Source: Thraustochytrium aureum
Lineage: Eukaryota
Reading direction: 5' to 3'
Length of the DNA stretch: 39,088 nt
NCBI GenBank assembly: GCA_012862495.1
Contig: BLSG01000011.1
Coordinates: 24,413-63,500 of the forward strand
Of this stretch, positions 21,978 to 32,901 are shown one piece after another (position 1 is the stretch's first letter; each line of letters opens with the position of its first letter). The translations under genes were made by a program, and so were the position numbers. Below the pieces are notes generated by a model, which searched no databases, was not told the origin of the DNA, and worked only from the letters and a program-made list of their open reading frames with translations.

Positions 21978-23342
21978 TGCTTTCGCGGCCCATCCACGCG
22001 CAGGCTCGGGCCGCCCCCAGCAGCGTCGCCAACAACAAGGTTCGTGGCGTACTCGCCTGGCTGCAGTGCAAGGCGCTCCCGCACGCGCCAAGCGCCACCC
22101 TCGACACGCTCAGCCGACACGAGCACTGGCTGGGTGACGCGAACAAAGGGCACGCCAAAACGCGGTAGCGGCTCGGCCGGGGACTGGAAAAGAGCGCCGC
22201 CGGCCAGGCTGCGCCGGCCGCGGTATCCTCTGCCGCCCTTGCCAGCGCAAAACTTGCTCAACGAGGCAAAGCGCGAACAGTACTTGGGGACGCGACCGAA
22301 GCCGAGGTACGTGCAGCAGGTCAGGCGCTCGTTGACATCGCCAAAGGGCTTGCTGAGGTAAAGCATGATCGACTCGACGCCGATAGAGTACTCGCCGTCC
22401 TTGCAGAAACCAGCAAGGCACTGCACATTCCTGGTGGTGTCTCGTGCCAGGTCAGACCAGCGCGCACAGCCTTGCGTGTCGCAGTTGCCAACATTTAGCG
22501 GAGTGTGCCACCCGTACGTGTACTCGTCGCCGAGTCCAAACATGGCGTGGCCGATTTCGTGAACAGCGATGAGCGGCGCCGCGGTGTGGATCGAGACCGT
22601 GGGCACACTTCCCCCGGCCCCGCCGTACTCGACGTCGTTGTGCACGACGAGGACGAGCTGCTTGTGACCGGTCTGGCAGTACTTTGCCGCAATTGACGTG
22701 GCCTTGCTCGAGTCGCAGCAGAGCAGCCGTGGGATGCCTGAGCAGTTGTAGTGGCAGAACCCTTGGCCGTCAAGCTCTTCAGCGGGGACCTTGGTGAACC
22801 ACACGTTGAGCGTACTGATGCGATGCGCGTCAAGCGGTTTGTGGCTCAGAAACGCCTTGTAGATGCGCCAGGCGTGCAAGATGAATTCACTCGTATCGCT
22901 GAACCCAGACGGCACCATGATGATGTTAAAGTTCCCTTGCATCCGTGCAGCGGGACTCAAGGGCCGGCAAGCTGAAGACGCCGTCGAGCGGCTCGGCGCG
23001 CATTGCTCGCGTTTCATTGCGTAGCCCTTGGTGCACCTGCACTCCCTCACCGAGTCCATGCATTCTGCGTTGGGAGTCTTGGGCAGACTGTACCTCGGGC
23101 ACTCGACCAACGCGCACGCAACGCAAGCCCTGCCCTTGCGCTTGAACCCCTTCCTGCAGAGGCAGTCCCCAAACTTCTTGGGGCACTCCGCCCCTCACGC
23201 TGTTCGGCGGGCACTCGTACTTGGACCCGCACGCCGCCGTCTCCCTCCCGTCGCCCCACGCAAGCGGGCCTGTTCCGCGGCAGCGTCACGTGACACCAGG
23301 GGCCAGCCTCCGACGCCATCACGAGCGCCGAGCGCCGCCAAG
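21978..23342 (-). CDS. Zinc metallopeptidase, M64 (IgA peptidase)-like, with N-terminal Cys-rich repeats; both ends in gaps
   Basis: FNIIMVPSGF, VVHNDVEYGGAG, zinc motif HEIGHAMFGLGDEY, Met-turn SIM. Upstream repeats CPPNSVR..ECPKKFGDCLCRKGF and CPRYSLPK...CMDSVRECRCTKGY, with an indel near 23191-23194. Confidence 0.75.
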
Positions 23343-24159
23343 NNNNNNNNNNNNNNNNNNNNNNNNNNNNNNNNNNNNNNNNNNNNNNNNNNNNNNNNNN
23401 NNNNNNNNNNNNNNNNNNNNNNNNNNNNNNNNNNNNNNNNNNNNNNNNNNNNNNNNNNNNNNNNNNNNNNNNNNNNNNNNNNNNNNNNNNNNNNNNNNNN
23501 NNNNNNNNNNNNNNNNNNNNNNNNNNNNNNNNNNNNNNNNNNNNNNNNNNNNNNNNNNNNNNNNNNNNNNNNNNNNNNNNNNNNNNNNNNNNNNNNNNNN
23601 NNNNNNNNNNNNNNNNNNNNNNNNNNNNNNNNNNNNNNNNGTCTTGCCCTCCTTCTTCCCTTCCCACGGACACAGCAAGGAAGGGAGGCAGGGCTGCCGC
23701 CGGTGCAGGACTGACTGACTCCTTGCGACAGCCTCACGCGCGCGGCTCTCCTGCAGCTCAGGTTGCACGGGTACTCTTGAGGCGCCGGGCAACGCCGAGT
23801 GCAGGAGGCCCTCGCGTGGATTTGTGCGTGAGTTTGTGCGAGGAATGGACGGGCTTGTTCCGCGAAAGTCGCCGCCACCGACGCTCGTCACACGGGGTTG
23901 CTCTAGTAGCTACTGGAGAGAATGTGAACGCAGCGACTCGGAGCTGCGGTTGGCTCTGAGCTGACTCGGATACTCTGCTCACCACGGAGGCTGGTACGCA
24001 GCACTTCATAGTTTGTGGTACAAGTTTCGATTACACTTGTCGATTACTCTTGTCGCGCTTTACTTTCCCTTTGGTTGCCCACGAGACGACCACCCGTGCC
24101 GGTAGGTAGGTGCTCCCGATTCGGTGCTCCACTGGCAGAAACCATTGCGAGCGCGGCCG

Positions 24160-26152
24160 TTACTGCTCGATTCGCTCGCGGCGCCGCCCTCCAGGCGGGA
24201 TCGATCCGAGCTCGGTTTCGGCGGGAGGGCCGCAGCCTGCAGCGCCGGCGCATGCGCCAGCGCGAAGTATTCTTGCCAGCCCGACGACAAAATTGGCCGA
24301 CCCGCACACAAGACCTAGTGCGAGCGCGTCCAGCAGGGACCAAACCGCGAGGAGCGCAACAGAGCCGGACCGCGTGTAGCCCATGAAGATCAACACGAGC
24401 AACTCCGCCACACCGACGCGAACTCCGACCAGGACCCCGTCGTTCACGGCACCCCACCACCAGCGCGACCCCTGCCACGAAAACGCAAAGGTCGAGCTCG
24501 ACGCGACAACTACGGAAACGACGAGAACGAACTGGCCGTAGGCGAGGTAGTACGCCCCTGTGGCCCTACACAGTGAAAAGTACACGACGGGCGGAAGCAA
24601 CGTGATTGCTTTGCACCAGGGAAGGAGGCGCTCCCACACGGCGGGGTTGACGCAGCCCTGTCGCCGACGATGGGGACTCGCTGGCGAGCGCGCTCCATGC
24701 TGCGCCCAAAGCGAGGGTGCAGAAACCAGGCCGCGTTGACGCCGATGCAGACACACGTAATCTGGCCGCAACCAAACAAGATGCCCATTTTAAGCCAGGT
24801 TGAGGCAGTGAGCGTCGAGGCTAGCCCGTTGGACGCCTCCATGCCCTGCCGCGCCACAACGGCGAGGAGCCAGACAGAGGGAAAGCTCGCCAGCATTGCA
24901 AGAAAGACGCGGCGCGCCGCCCATGGCTCCGACAGTCCAGCCGCTTGGGCAGTCACCCCGGCCAGATAGCCGCCAAGCAGACCGGCCACAGCATACGCCA
25001 CACATGCAACCCCACCCATCGACCCTTTCGCGGCCGTGCTGACCAGTCCCAGCATGCCGCCAACGCCGACCACCGCGAGGGCCAGGCCAATCTGGGCGCC
25101 CGAGCCGACGGCCACAGCGAGAGCGAGGGGGCGGCCTGGCCGTGGGTGCAGCATCCGTGCGGCATGAACCGGCTTATCCGCGCTGCGACGCGCGGCGGCG
25201 CTGCGGTAAGCGACGAAAAGGAGAGCCAACGTTGGAAGCGAGAGAAGCGTGCTGGCCAGCGCGCAAACTGTCGCGCCCTGGCGGCTTGCCTCGTCCTCGG
25301 GCGAGAAGGAGGTCCCCAGCGGCTCGGGGACATGCCGTCAACACGTTCCCAAGATATCGAAAGCGTCAAGTCGAGGGCGCCAGTTTCGCGCACGGTGCAC
25401 TTCGGGCTGGCTGTGCGCGGGACAAGCTCTGCACTTACGACGCGCACCTGCCCGCTCTCGAGCACCTCGTACTTGGCGCTGACGAGGTAGTTGCGCACCA
25501 CCGCACTTTGGCCAGGCCCCGTTGCGAAAGGGATCCTCGTCCCTGGCCGGCCAGAGTCTAGCACTACCTTGGCAGGGACCCCGTCTAGGAATAGGGCAGT
25601 CGTGACGCGGTCTCGATGCCACGACTCTACCAAGGCCGCTGAGGGCTCTGGAACAGCCTTGTCGCAGAGCTTGACGCATGGGTCGTCCGTACCGAACGCG
25701 ACAGACGAGTTGAGGTGCGCCCCGCGCTCGCTCGCAAGGTCGCTCCCAAGCAGGCCGAAATGGCGCATAAAGTCTTGGCCGCCGCACAGCCCAGCTCCGA
25801 CAAGCGACCCCGGCAGCGCGCTCCCCGCGCTCCGCGTCATGCCCAACACGATGGCCGCTGGGCTGCCCAAATNNNNNNNNNNNNNNNNNNNNNNNNNNNN
25901 NNNNNNNNNNNNNNNNNNNNNNNNNNNNNNNNNNNNNNNNNNNNNNNNNNNNNNNNNNNNNNNNNNNNNNNNNNNNNNNNNNNNNNNNNNNNNNNNNNNN
26001 NNNNNNNNNNNNNNNNNNNNNNNNNNNNNNNNNNNNNNNNNNNNNNNNNNNNNNCCGCCGGTGGGCGCCGCATCGAGCGCGTCCTCGATGCCATGACCGC
26101 CGTCGTCCAGGAGCCTGCTGGCCCCGTCCCATTCCACCATTTTGAGCGCCAT
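24160..26152 (-). CDS. Highly diverged nonaspanin (TM9SF/EMP70)-like membrane protein; gap and at least 2 frameshifts
   Basis: Luminal part CVKLC...LFLDGVP...LSISWE. Membrane part PRPGRPLALAVAVGSGAQI, KGSMGG...AGLLGGYLAG, YYLAYGQF, SRWWWGAV, ALGLVCGSANF. Spread over ORFs 24953..26224, 24510..25229 and 24160..24771. Confidence 0.65.
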
Positions 26153-26327
26153 CCCGTCCCGAACCCGCCGAATCCACCGCGATCCAGACACCAACCAAAC
26201 GCAGCCCCGCGGCCACGCACACACGCACGCACGCTCGCTCGCTCGTGCCCGGAACAGACTGCACGGGCGCAGCAGCGAGGGCCTCGGTGGCCTGGCGCGC
26301 GACGTGGCTTGGGATCTGATCGTCCCA

Positions 26328-26348
26328 GATGGATGGATGGATGGATGG
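26328..26348. repeat. (GATG)n microsatellite in a divergent intergenic region
   Basis: gatggatggatggatggatgg. Confidence 0.85.
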
Positions 26349-26523
26349 ACTCGGGTTGAGGGATGGCGCGGGCTAAGCTGGATTCGCCGGCCGGCACGTC
26401 CAGACCCGGCCGGCTGGCGGAGAGCGGCGGCGGCGAAGCGCGAGCGGGCGAGGAACGGCTCGGAGCTGCTCGGAGCTGCTCGGAGCTGGTTGCGCCACGC
26501 TGGCCCGAACGGCTGCCGGGGGG

Positions 26524-28512
26524 ATGACGAACGAGAATGCGTCGTTTTGGCGAGGCGTTGCCGTCGGCGCTGCGGTGGTGGCGATTATCGTCACGATCGT
26601 GCACATGGCCATCGGCGAAGGTGGAGGGCCAGGAGCGCTGGCTGCGCCGAACGGGCCGCGGTTTAGGCTGCTTTCGTTTCGGAGGCAGCACCTGCCGCTT
26701 GTGATTCGTGCGTTCGAAAAACTCGGGTTCACCGAGAGCAAGAACGCCACTCTGTCCCAGCACGATGTCTGGGCCTACGACATCGTTTGGTCGTTCGTTT
26801 ACCCCAACTACCAGGCGTTCGGGGCGCTTTTGCCGCACACGCGCATCAACCACCTCCGAGGCAACGCGGTATTGACGCGCAAGGACCAGCTCTTCTTCAC
26901 GATGAAGGAGGCGCAGCTCGAGTTTGGCTCTGCCCTCTTTGATTTTATTCCCGAGCACTTTCTGCTGCCTGAGCACGAGCAGGACTTCTTGGACCGTGTC
27001 GCGGCCGATGAACGAGAGCGCGCGGCGCGCGAGGCAGCCGGCGCCGTCGCAGACCGGAGCTTTGATCTGCGCTGGATCGCAAAGTCGCGTTTCCACGGCA
27101 AGATAAGCCTTGTCCAGGGCCCCCACGCTGTGCGCGCGCTCGCCTCGTCAAGGCAGCTCATGGTCTCAAAGTACATCGAGCCCCTGCTCATCGGGGGCCG
27201 CAAGTGGGATTTTGGCATGTACGTCCTCGTCGCTTCTGTGCGTCCTTTGCGCGTGTTTGTGCACCAGAACGGGCTCGTGCGCATGTGCCTTCAGGCATAC
27301 CCTAGCGCCCCCGAAGGCTTGCAGCCAAACGCCGAGCTCGAGAGCTACGTCATCAAGGACTACTCGGCGCCCTGGGACAACGACGACCTGCGACAGAGGT
27401 ACGGGGAGGACCTGCCGACCGCTGACAACCAGGGCGTCTTTCACTCGCACGCCATCTGCGAGCACATCGAGGCGCTTGCGCTGCCGGGCTGGGGGTGTGC
27501 CGAGTGGTGGGAGGCGAGCAAGGCGAGCGCGGTCAAGATGGTGCTCCACGTCCTCCCGCAGCTACGTCGCCATGCGTCGGAGACGTCAAGCTACGGCGAC
27601 GCGCAGTTTGAGCTGTTCCGGCTCGACTTCAACACCGACAGCCGCGGCAAGCCCTGGCTTGTGGAGGTCAACATGAGCCCCAACCTGCTCCCAAAGTACT
27701 TTAAAAGCGGGAACGACGCTGCAATGAAGGCATCCGTAATCGACAACGCGCTCAGAATCGCCGGGCCTCACGCCGTGGGAGACCGGCCGAATCCGTTCAT
27801 GCCCCATGCTAGACAAGAGGATATTGTGCCGTGCAGTCGCTTCGAGTCCTCAGGCGAGGGGCCAGCGTCAAGCGAGGAGCGCGCTGCGATTGAACGCGCT
27901 CTGGGCGACCCGCACAACGCGGAGTGCGTCTTGCGTGCGCTGGCGCAAGGTCGGCCCGTTCACCTCGCGTGCGGGGACCTCTGTCTCCGGCGGTCGGCGC
28001 TCCTCGCGGTCGCGAAGATGGCTGCAGAGCTACGGCAGCGCGGCGACTTCGAGCCGGCGTTTCCGTCCGTGTCGCACTTTGACGACGCGAGGCCAACGCG
28101 GCTGGCTGGGCCTGCGCACATTTCTTTTTGGCATGGGGTTGGAGGCGTTGCCGGGGTCGCAGCCAAGCGAGCGGTGCTGCCAGAGGACCTCGCCGTGCAG
28201 GCACTCATGCGCAAGCCCCTGTCTGTGCTCGACAGTCTTGTCGCGCGAGTCGCGGCGGCGCACACTGGGGACCAGTGCATGACGCGGGGCCACTGCAGCG
28301 GAGTAGGAGCTTGCGTCGCGGGCCGCTGCATGTGCGACTTGGGGCGGAGCGGCGACCGCTGCGAGTCTCTCTCGTCTGGGCCCGCGGATCGCAGAGACTC
28401 GGGGTCCGCCGTGGCCTTGGTTGCCGCTGTGGCCTCCGGCACGCTCGTGTGGCTCGCAGCGCAATGGCAGCACGCAAAGAGCGCTGGCAGCAAAGCTGTC
28501 AAGGCGAAGTAG
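26524..28512 (+). CDS. Tubulin-tyrosine ligase-like (TTLL15-type) ATP-grasp protein with N-terminal signal anchor and C-terminal EGF-like domain + TM
   Basis: RINHLRGNAVLTRKD, FIPEHFLLP, WIAK, SKYIEPLLIGGRKWDFGMYV, FELFRLDF...WLVEVNMSPNL. N-terminal GVAVGAAVVAIIVTIVHM; EGF CSGVGACVAGRCMCDLGRSGDRC; TM AVALVAAVASGTLVWLAA. Intact 662-aa ORF. Confidence 0.88.
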   Translation: MTNENASFWRGVAVGAAVVAIIVTIVHMAIGEGGGPGALAAPNGPRFRLLSFRRQHLPLVIRAFEKLGFTESKNATLSQHDVWAYDIVWSFVYPNYQAFGALLPHTRINHLRGNAVLTRKDQLFFTMKEAQLEFGSALFDFIPEHFLLPEHEQDFLDRVAADERERAAREAAGAVADRSFDLRWIAKSRFHGKISLVQGPHAVRALASSRQLMVSKYIEPLLIGGRKWDFGMYVLVASVRPLRVFVHQNGLVRMCLQAYPSAPEGLQPNAELESYVIKDYSAPWDNDDLRQRYGEDLPTADNQGVFHSHAICEHIEALALPGWGCAEWWEASKASAVKMVLHVLPQLRRHASETSSYGDAQFELFRLDFNTDSRGKPWLVEVNMSPNLLPKYFKSGNDAAMKASVIDNALRIAGPHAVGDRPNPFMPHARQEDIVPCSRFESSGEGPASSEERAAIERALGDPHNAECVLRALAQGRPVHLACGDLCLRRSALLAVAKMAAELRQRGDFEPAFPSVSHFDDARPTRLAGPAHISFWHGVGGVAGVAAKRAVLPEDLAVQALMRKPLSVLDSLVARVAAAHTGDQCMTRGHCSGVGACVAGRCMCDLGRSGDRCESLSSGPADRRDSGSAVALVAAVASGTLVWLAAQWQHAKSAGSKAVKAK

Positions 28513-28713
28513 CGCCGTGACAGACTCCCGCTGGCCTGCGCGGCTTGCAGTGCAACAACAACAACAACAACAAAAAGGAAGCAAAATGGGCAGGACAAAA
28601 GGGCTTCTCATTGGTCGGTGCTCCGAGGGACACTGGCCCACCAGCGAGAAGAGGGATGGTCACGAAAGGAAGAGTAAGAGGGTAGCGCCAGCCAGGAGGC
28701 TGGCACCAGCCCA

Positions 28714-29376
28714 TTAGCAAGCGCAGTTCGACTGGTCCTCCGCGCCGTCGTCCGGGTTGACAGGGGTCTGGAGTTTGAGCTCGACCCGCTGGTCCGTGAC
28801 CGTCTGGTTCTCCATGCCCGGCAAGCTACTAGCGAGTTTCCTGAAGAGCGTCTTGACGTTGTAGCCCAGCTTGGCGCTCGTCTCTAGAAAGAGTACGTTC
28901 TCCTTCTGCGCGTGCTCCTCGCCCTCGTCCGTGGAGACCTGGCGCTCCTCGGACTTGTCGGTCTTGTTGCCCACTAGGAGGACGACGACGTCGTCGCCGC
29001 GCTCGGCGCGCACGTCCTCGATCCACTTGCTGGTGTTGAGGAACGTCGCCCGTTTGGTGATGTCGTACACCACGACGGCGACGGACGAGTCGCGGATATA
29101 AGAGGGGATGAGCGAGCGAAAGCGCTCCTGGCCGGCAGTGTCCCAGAGCTGCAGGCGCACGGTGCGGTCCTCCATGTACATGGTCTTGCTTAGAAAATCA
29201 ATCCCGATCGTGGCCACGTACTGGGTGTCAAAGCTATCGTACATGAACCGCGTGATAATCGCCGTCTTGCCCACGCCCAAGTCCCCCAAAAACACCAGCT
29301 TGTACTTTGCCATCGGGGGAATCGCCGGCGCGGCTCCGCGTCCGCCGCCGCCGCCGCCATTCGGCATGGTCGCCAT
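28714..29376 (-). CDS. RAB6: Rab6 small GTPase
   Basis: [71 protein letters not shown]-terminal CAC prenylation motif. Confidence 0.97.
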   Translation of the reverse strand: MATMPNGGGGGGRGAAPAIPPMAKYKLVFLGDLGVGKTAIITRFMYDSFDTQYVATIGIDFLSKTMYMEDRTVRLQLWDTAGQERFRSLIPSYIRDSSVAVVVYDITKRATFLNTSKWIEDVRAERGDDVVVLLVGNKTDKSEERQVSTDEGEEHAQKENVLFLETSAKLGYNVKTLFRKLASSLPGMENQTVTDQRVELKLQTPVNPDDGAEDQSNCAC

Positions 29377-29999
29377 CCTCCGCCTGCCCCGCCGCCGCGC
29401 TGCACGCCGCCGGTGCCCCNNNNNNNNNNNNNNNNNNNNNNNNNNNNNNNNNNNNNNNNNNNNNNNNNNNNNNNNNNNNNNNNNNNNNNNNNNNNNNNNN
29501 NNNNNNNNNNNNNNNNNNNNNNNNNNNNNNNNNNNNNNNNNNNNNNNNNNNNNNNNNNNNNNNNNNNNNNNNNNNNNNNNNNNNNNNNNNNNNNNNNNNN
29601 NNNNNNNNNNNNNNNNNNNNNNNNNNNNNNNNNNNNNNNNNNNNNNNNNNNNNNNNNNNNNNNNNNNNNNNNNNNNNNNNNNNNNNNNNNNNNNNNNNNN
29701 NNNNNNNNNNNNNNNNNNNNNNNNNNNNNNNNNNNNNNNNNNNNNNNNNNNNNNNNNNNNNNNNNNNNNNNNNNNNNNNNNNNNNNNNNNNNNNNNNNNN
29801 NNNNNNNNNNNNNNNNNNNNNNNNNNNNNNNNNNNNNNNNNNNNNNNNNNNNNNNNNNNNNNNNNNNNNNNNNNNNNNNNNNNNNNNNNNNNNNNNNNNN
29901 NNNNNNNNNNNNNNNNNNNNNNNNNNNNNNNNNNNNNNNNNNNNNNNNNNNNNNNNNNNNNNNNNNNNNNNNNNNNNNNNNNNNNNNNNNNNNNNNNNN

Positions 30000-31380
30000 A
30001 TCGGGTCGTGTGGGCTGTAGTTGTACTCGTCGTCGCCGGCCTGCACGACGCCGTCCCCAAGGCCAAACTGGCCGCCCTCCACCTTGAGCGTGTGGCGGCC
30101 AGACAGAAACAGCTTGGTCGGCCGCGCGCGCGGCCAATCGTCGACCGAGCTCCAGTAGTTGCCCACCGGGTCGCGGCGGCCGTCCGGCATGTATGGCCCC
30201 TGCACGAACAAATTGATGCGCTTGGCCTTTCGGTGGAACGGGCCAGTAAACTCGTCCGCAAACATCTCCTTGGCGTAACCGAACGAGTTGACCCAAGCCT
30301 TGGCCTCGTGCAGCGAAACCGCGGGGCGGTCCAGGTTGCCAAGCTCGCAGTGGCCGTAGGGGCCGATAAAAATCGTGTGGTTGTTTCGCACCGACAGGTG
30401 GCTCTCGGCGCGCAGCCCGTCAAACGCGCGCAGTTGGTGGCCCATAAAAATATCCCACCAGCCCGTGAGGTGGACCGTGGGCCAGCGGACGTTGCCGTAG
30501 TACCTGTCGGCCTCCACGGTGGCGTACCACTCGCTGAGCGCCTCGTGCTCCATGATCTGGGGCAGCGTGCGCGTCAGCGACTTGCCGTGCGTAAAGATGC
30601 TCATTGCAGTCATCCAGCCCTCCACGAGGCCCTGTCGGAACGCACCGCCCGGGTAGATGGTCTCGTGGGCGTTGGCGGACGCCAGCATCAGGAACTGGCC
30701 CTTGAGCCACTTGGGGCTGTCGAGGATTTGTGTGAAGGCGCCGCAGCCGTCGGCGCTGATCCCGGCGGAGAACACTTTGCCGTTGCTCCACGGCTGCGCT
30801 TCGATCCACTGCATCGTGTCAAAGCCGTCGTGGCCGTCGTGCTGCCACATAGAAAACTCCCCCTCGCTCAAGAATGTGCCGCGCTGGTCCTGCACGACAG
30901 CCACGAATCCGTTCGTGGCCTAAACAAGGTCGCGATCTGGTCAGAGGTTGGGCCGTAGGGCGAGCGGGCCAGCAGCGCGGTGCGCCGGTCGCCTTCTTTG
31001 AGGGTGGGTCGGATCACGATTGTGCTCAGCTTGACGCCGTCGCGCATCTGCACCATGTGCCGCGACAGGAACCGCTTTTCGTTGGACCACTCGACCTCGA
31101 CAACCCCGTCCCAGACCTGGTCGAGCAGGCTGTGAAACCCGGAGAACAGCCGAAACAGCTTGGCCTTGTCGTTCGCGTAGTCTTCCACGCCGTGAGTAAA
31201 TTGGGGCCGGGCAAATGCCTTGGCGTCTGTGAAGTTGACTCTGCGGGGCCCGCCCAGCAGTTGCTCGTTGCTGCCTACAAGAACTAGCTCCTCCAGCACG
31301 GCGGCTTCAGCCGGCCCGAGCGCGCCGAGGCACATCGCGGCGGCCGCTGCGCTTGCCCAGAGGCGTCGCATTGGCGCCAT
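30000..31380 (-). CDS. Secreted CocE/NonD (peptidase S15-like) hydrolase; frameshift ~30919, 3' end in gap
   Basis: Signal peptide MAPMRRLWASAAAAAMCLGALGPAEA, MVQMRDGVKLST, RSPYG, VVQDQRGTFLSEG, DGFDTMQWIEAQPWSNGKVFSAGISADG, TGWWDIF, IGPYGH. Confidence 0.88.
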
Positions 31381-32596
31381 CCTCGATTTTGATTCTCGCC
31401 CCAGCTAATCCTGTCTTGGTCTTGGTCTTGCGCGATTCGCGACTGCCTGTGCGGCTGAACTGCTCCGCTCTGTTCTGGTTGTTGGTCGAGGAGAAGGGGG
31501 GAGAGGGTCTAACCCCGAGGGCCGGACTTGCCGGTCCGAACTCACCACTCTCAATGGGCCCGGCGGCAACCGTCGACAACGAGCAGCTTCACGCTGGCGC
31601 TCTGGGCAGAACTTTGGACGCGGCTCGTCTTTTCCGCTTGCAGACGCCGTAGACGCCGTAGCCTGGTGAGAGCCCCGAGCCTGCTCATGGGCGTGGCCGA
31701 AGCCTCGATGCGACTGTCTGCCAGCAAGAAGAGTCGTCGAGCAGGAGTGGGGTGGGCACGCCCACACCGCCGCCGCCNNNNNNNNNNNNNNNNNNNNNNN
31801 NNNNNNNNNNNNNNNNNNNNNNNNNNNNNNNNNNNNNNNNNNNNNNNNNNNNNNNNNNNNNNNNNNNNNNNNNNNNNNNNNNNNNNNNNNNNNNNNNNNN
31901 NNNNNNNNNNNNNNNNNNNNNNNNNNNNNNNNNNNNNNNNNNNNNNNNNNNNNNNNNNNNNNNNNNNNNNNNNNNNNNNNNNNNNNNNNNNNNNNNNNNN
32001 NNNNNNNNNNNNNNNNNNNNNNNNNNNNNNNNNNNNNNNNNNNNNNNNNNNNNNNNNNNNNNNNNNNNNNNNNNNNNNNNNNNNNNNNNNNNNNNNNNNN
32101 NNNNNNNNNNNNNNNNNNNNNNNNNNNNNNNNNNNNNNNNNNNNNNNNNNNNNNNNNNNNNNNNNNNNNNNNNNNNNNNNNNNNNNNNNNNNNNNNNNNN
32201 NNNNNNNNNNNNNNNNNNNNNNNNNNNNNNNNNNNNNNNNNNNNNNNNNNNNNNNNNNNNNAAGATACCGCGTGCACCTCGAAACACCGGCCAGTCCGCT
32301 CCCAAGCCCCTGCTTCCCCGTATGCGAACCCGCGACCGTTCCAATCTGTTTTTCGATGCGCATCCCCCTCGCAGAGTCATCCTGCGGAACGTGCGCGCAT
32401 CTCTGGAGGGAACACACTGCGTTCCGATCAATTCAAAGTCGAAAAGCATTCCCCGAACAAGGAACAGAACAGCACGATGCCGCCTGCGAAACAAGCGCGC
32501 ACCTCCGGTGAAAACACACCGAGTTCCGCACAAATTCGGCGAGGCGTTTCTCGCGAACAAGGAACAGGACGGCGCCGAAAAGTGCGAAGCGATAGA

Positions 32597-32640
32597 GGCA
32601 GGCAAGCAGGCAGGCAGGCAGGCAGGCGGCCAGGCAGGCA
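32597..32640. repeat. Imperfect (GGCA)n microsatellite upstream of PLD
   Basis: ggcaggcaagcaggcaggcaggcaggcaggcggccaggcaggca. Confidence 0.8.
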
Positions 32641-32901
32641 GACACGCAACGCGCGAAGGCCGCGGGAGACGCCGCGCGGCGCAGGATCTTCGACAGGCTC
32701 GCTTTTGTCGACCGCTGTATCGCCCGCTGTATCGCTGCTGCATCGCTGTCTGGACTGCAGCTGGTTTCCTGGGCCAGCGGCGTCGACGCGGTCGCGTAAA
32801 GAGCGTTGGACCCTGCCACGCGAACGCGCTGGTGAAGCCCTGTGCTGTGCCCGTCTGTTTGCCGCGCTGTTGCTCGCTCGGTTCGCCGCTTAGAGGAAGA
32901 A

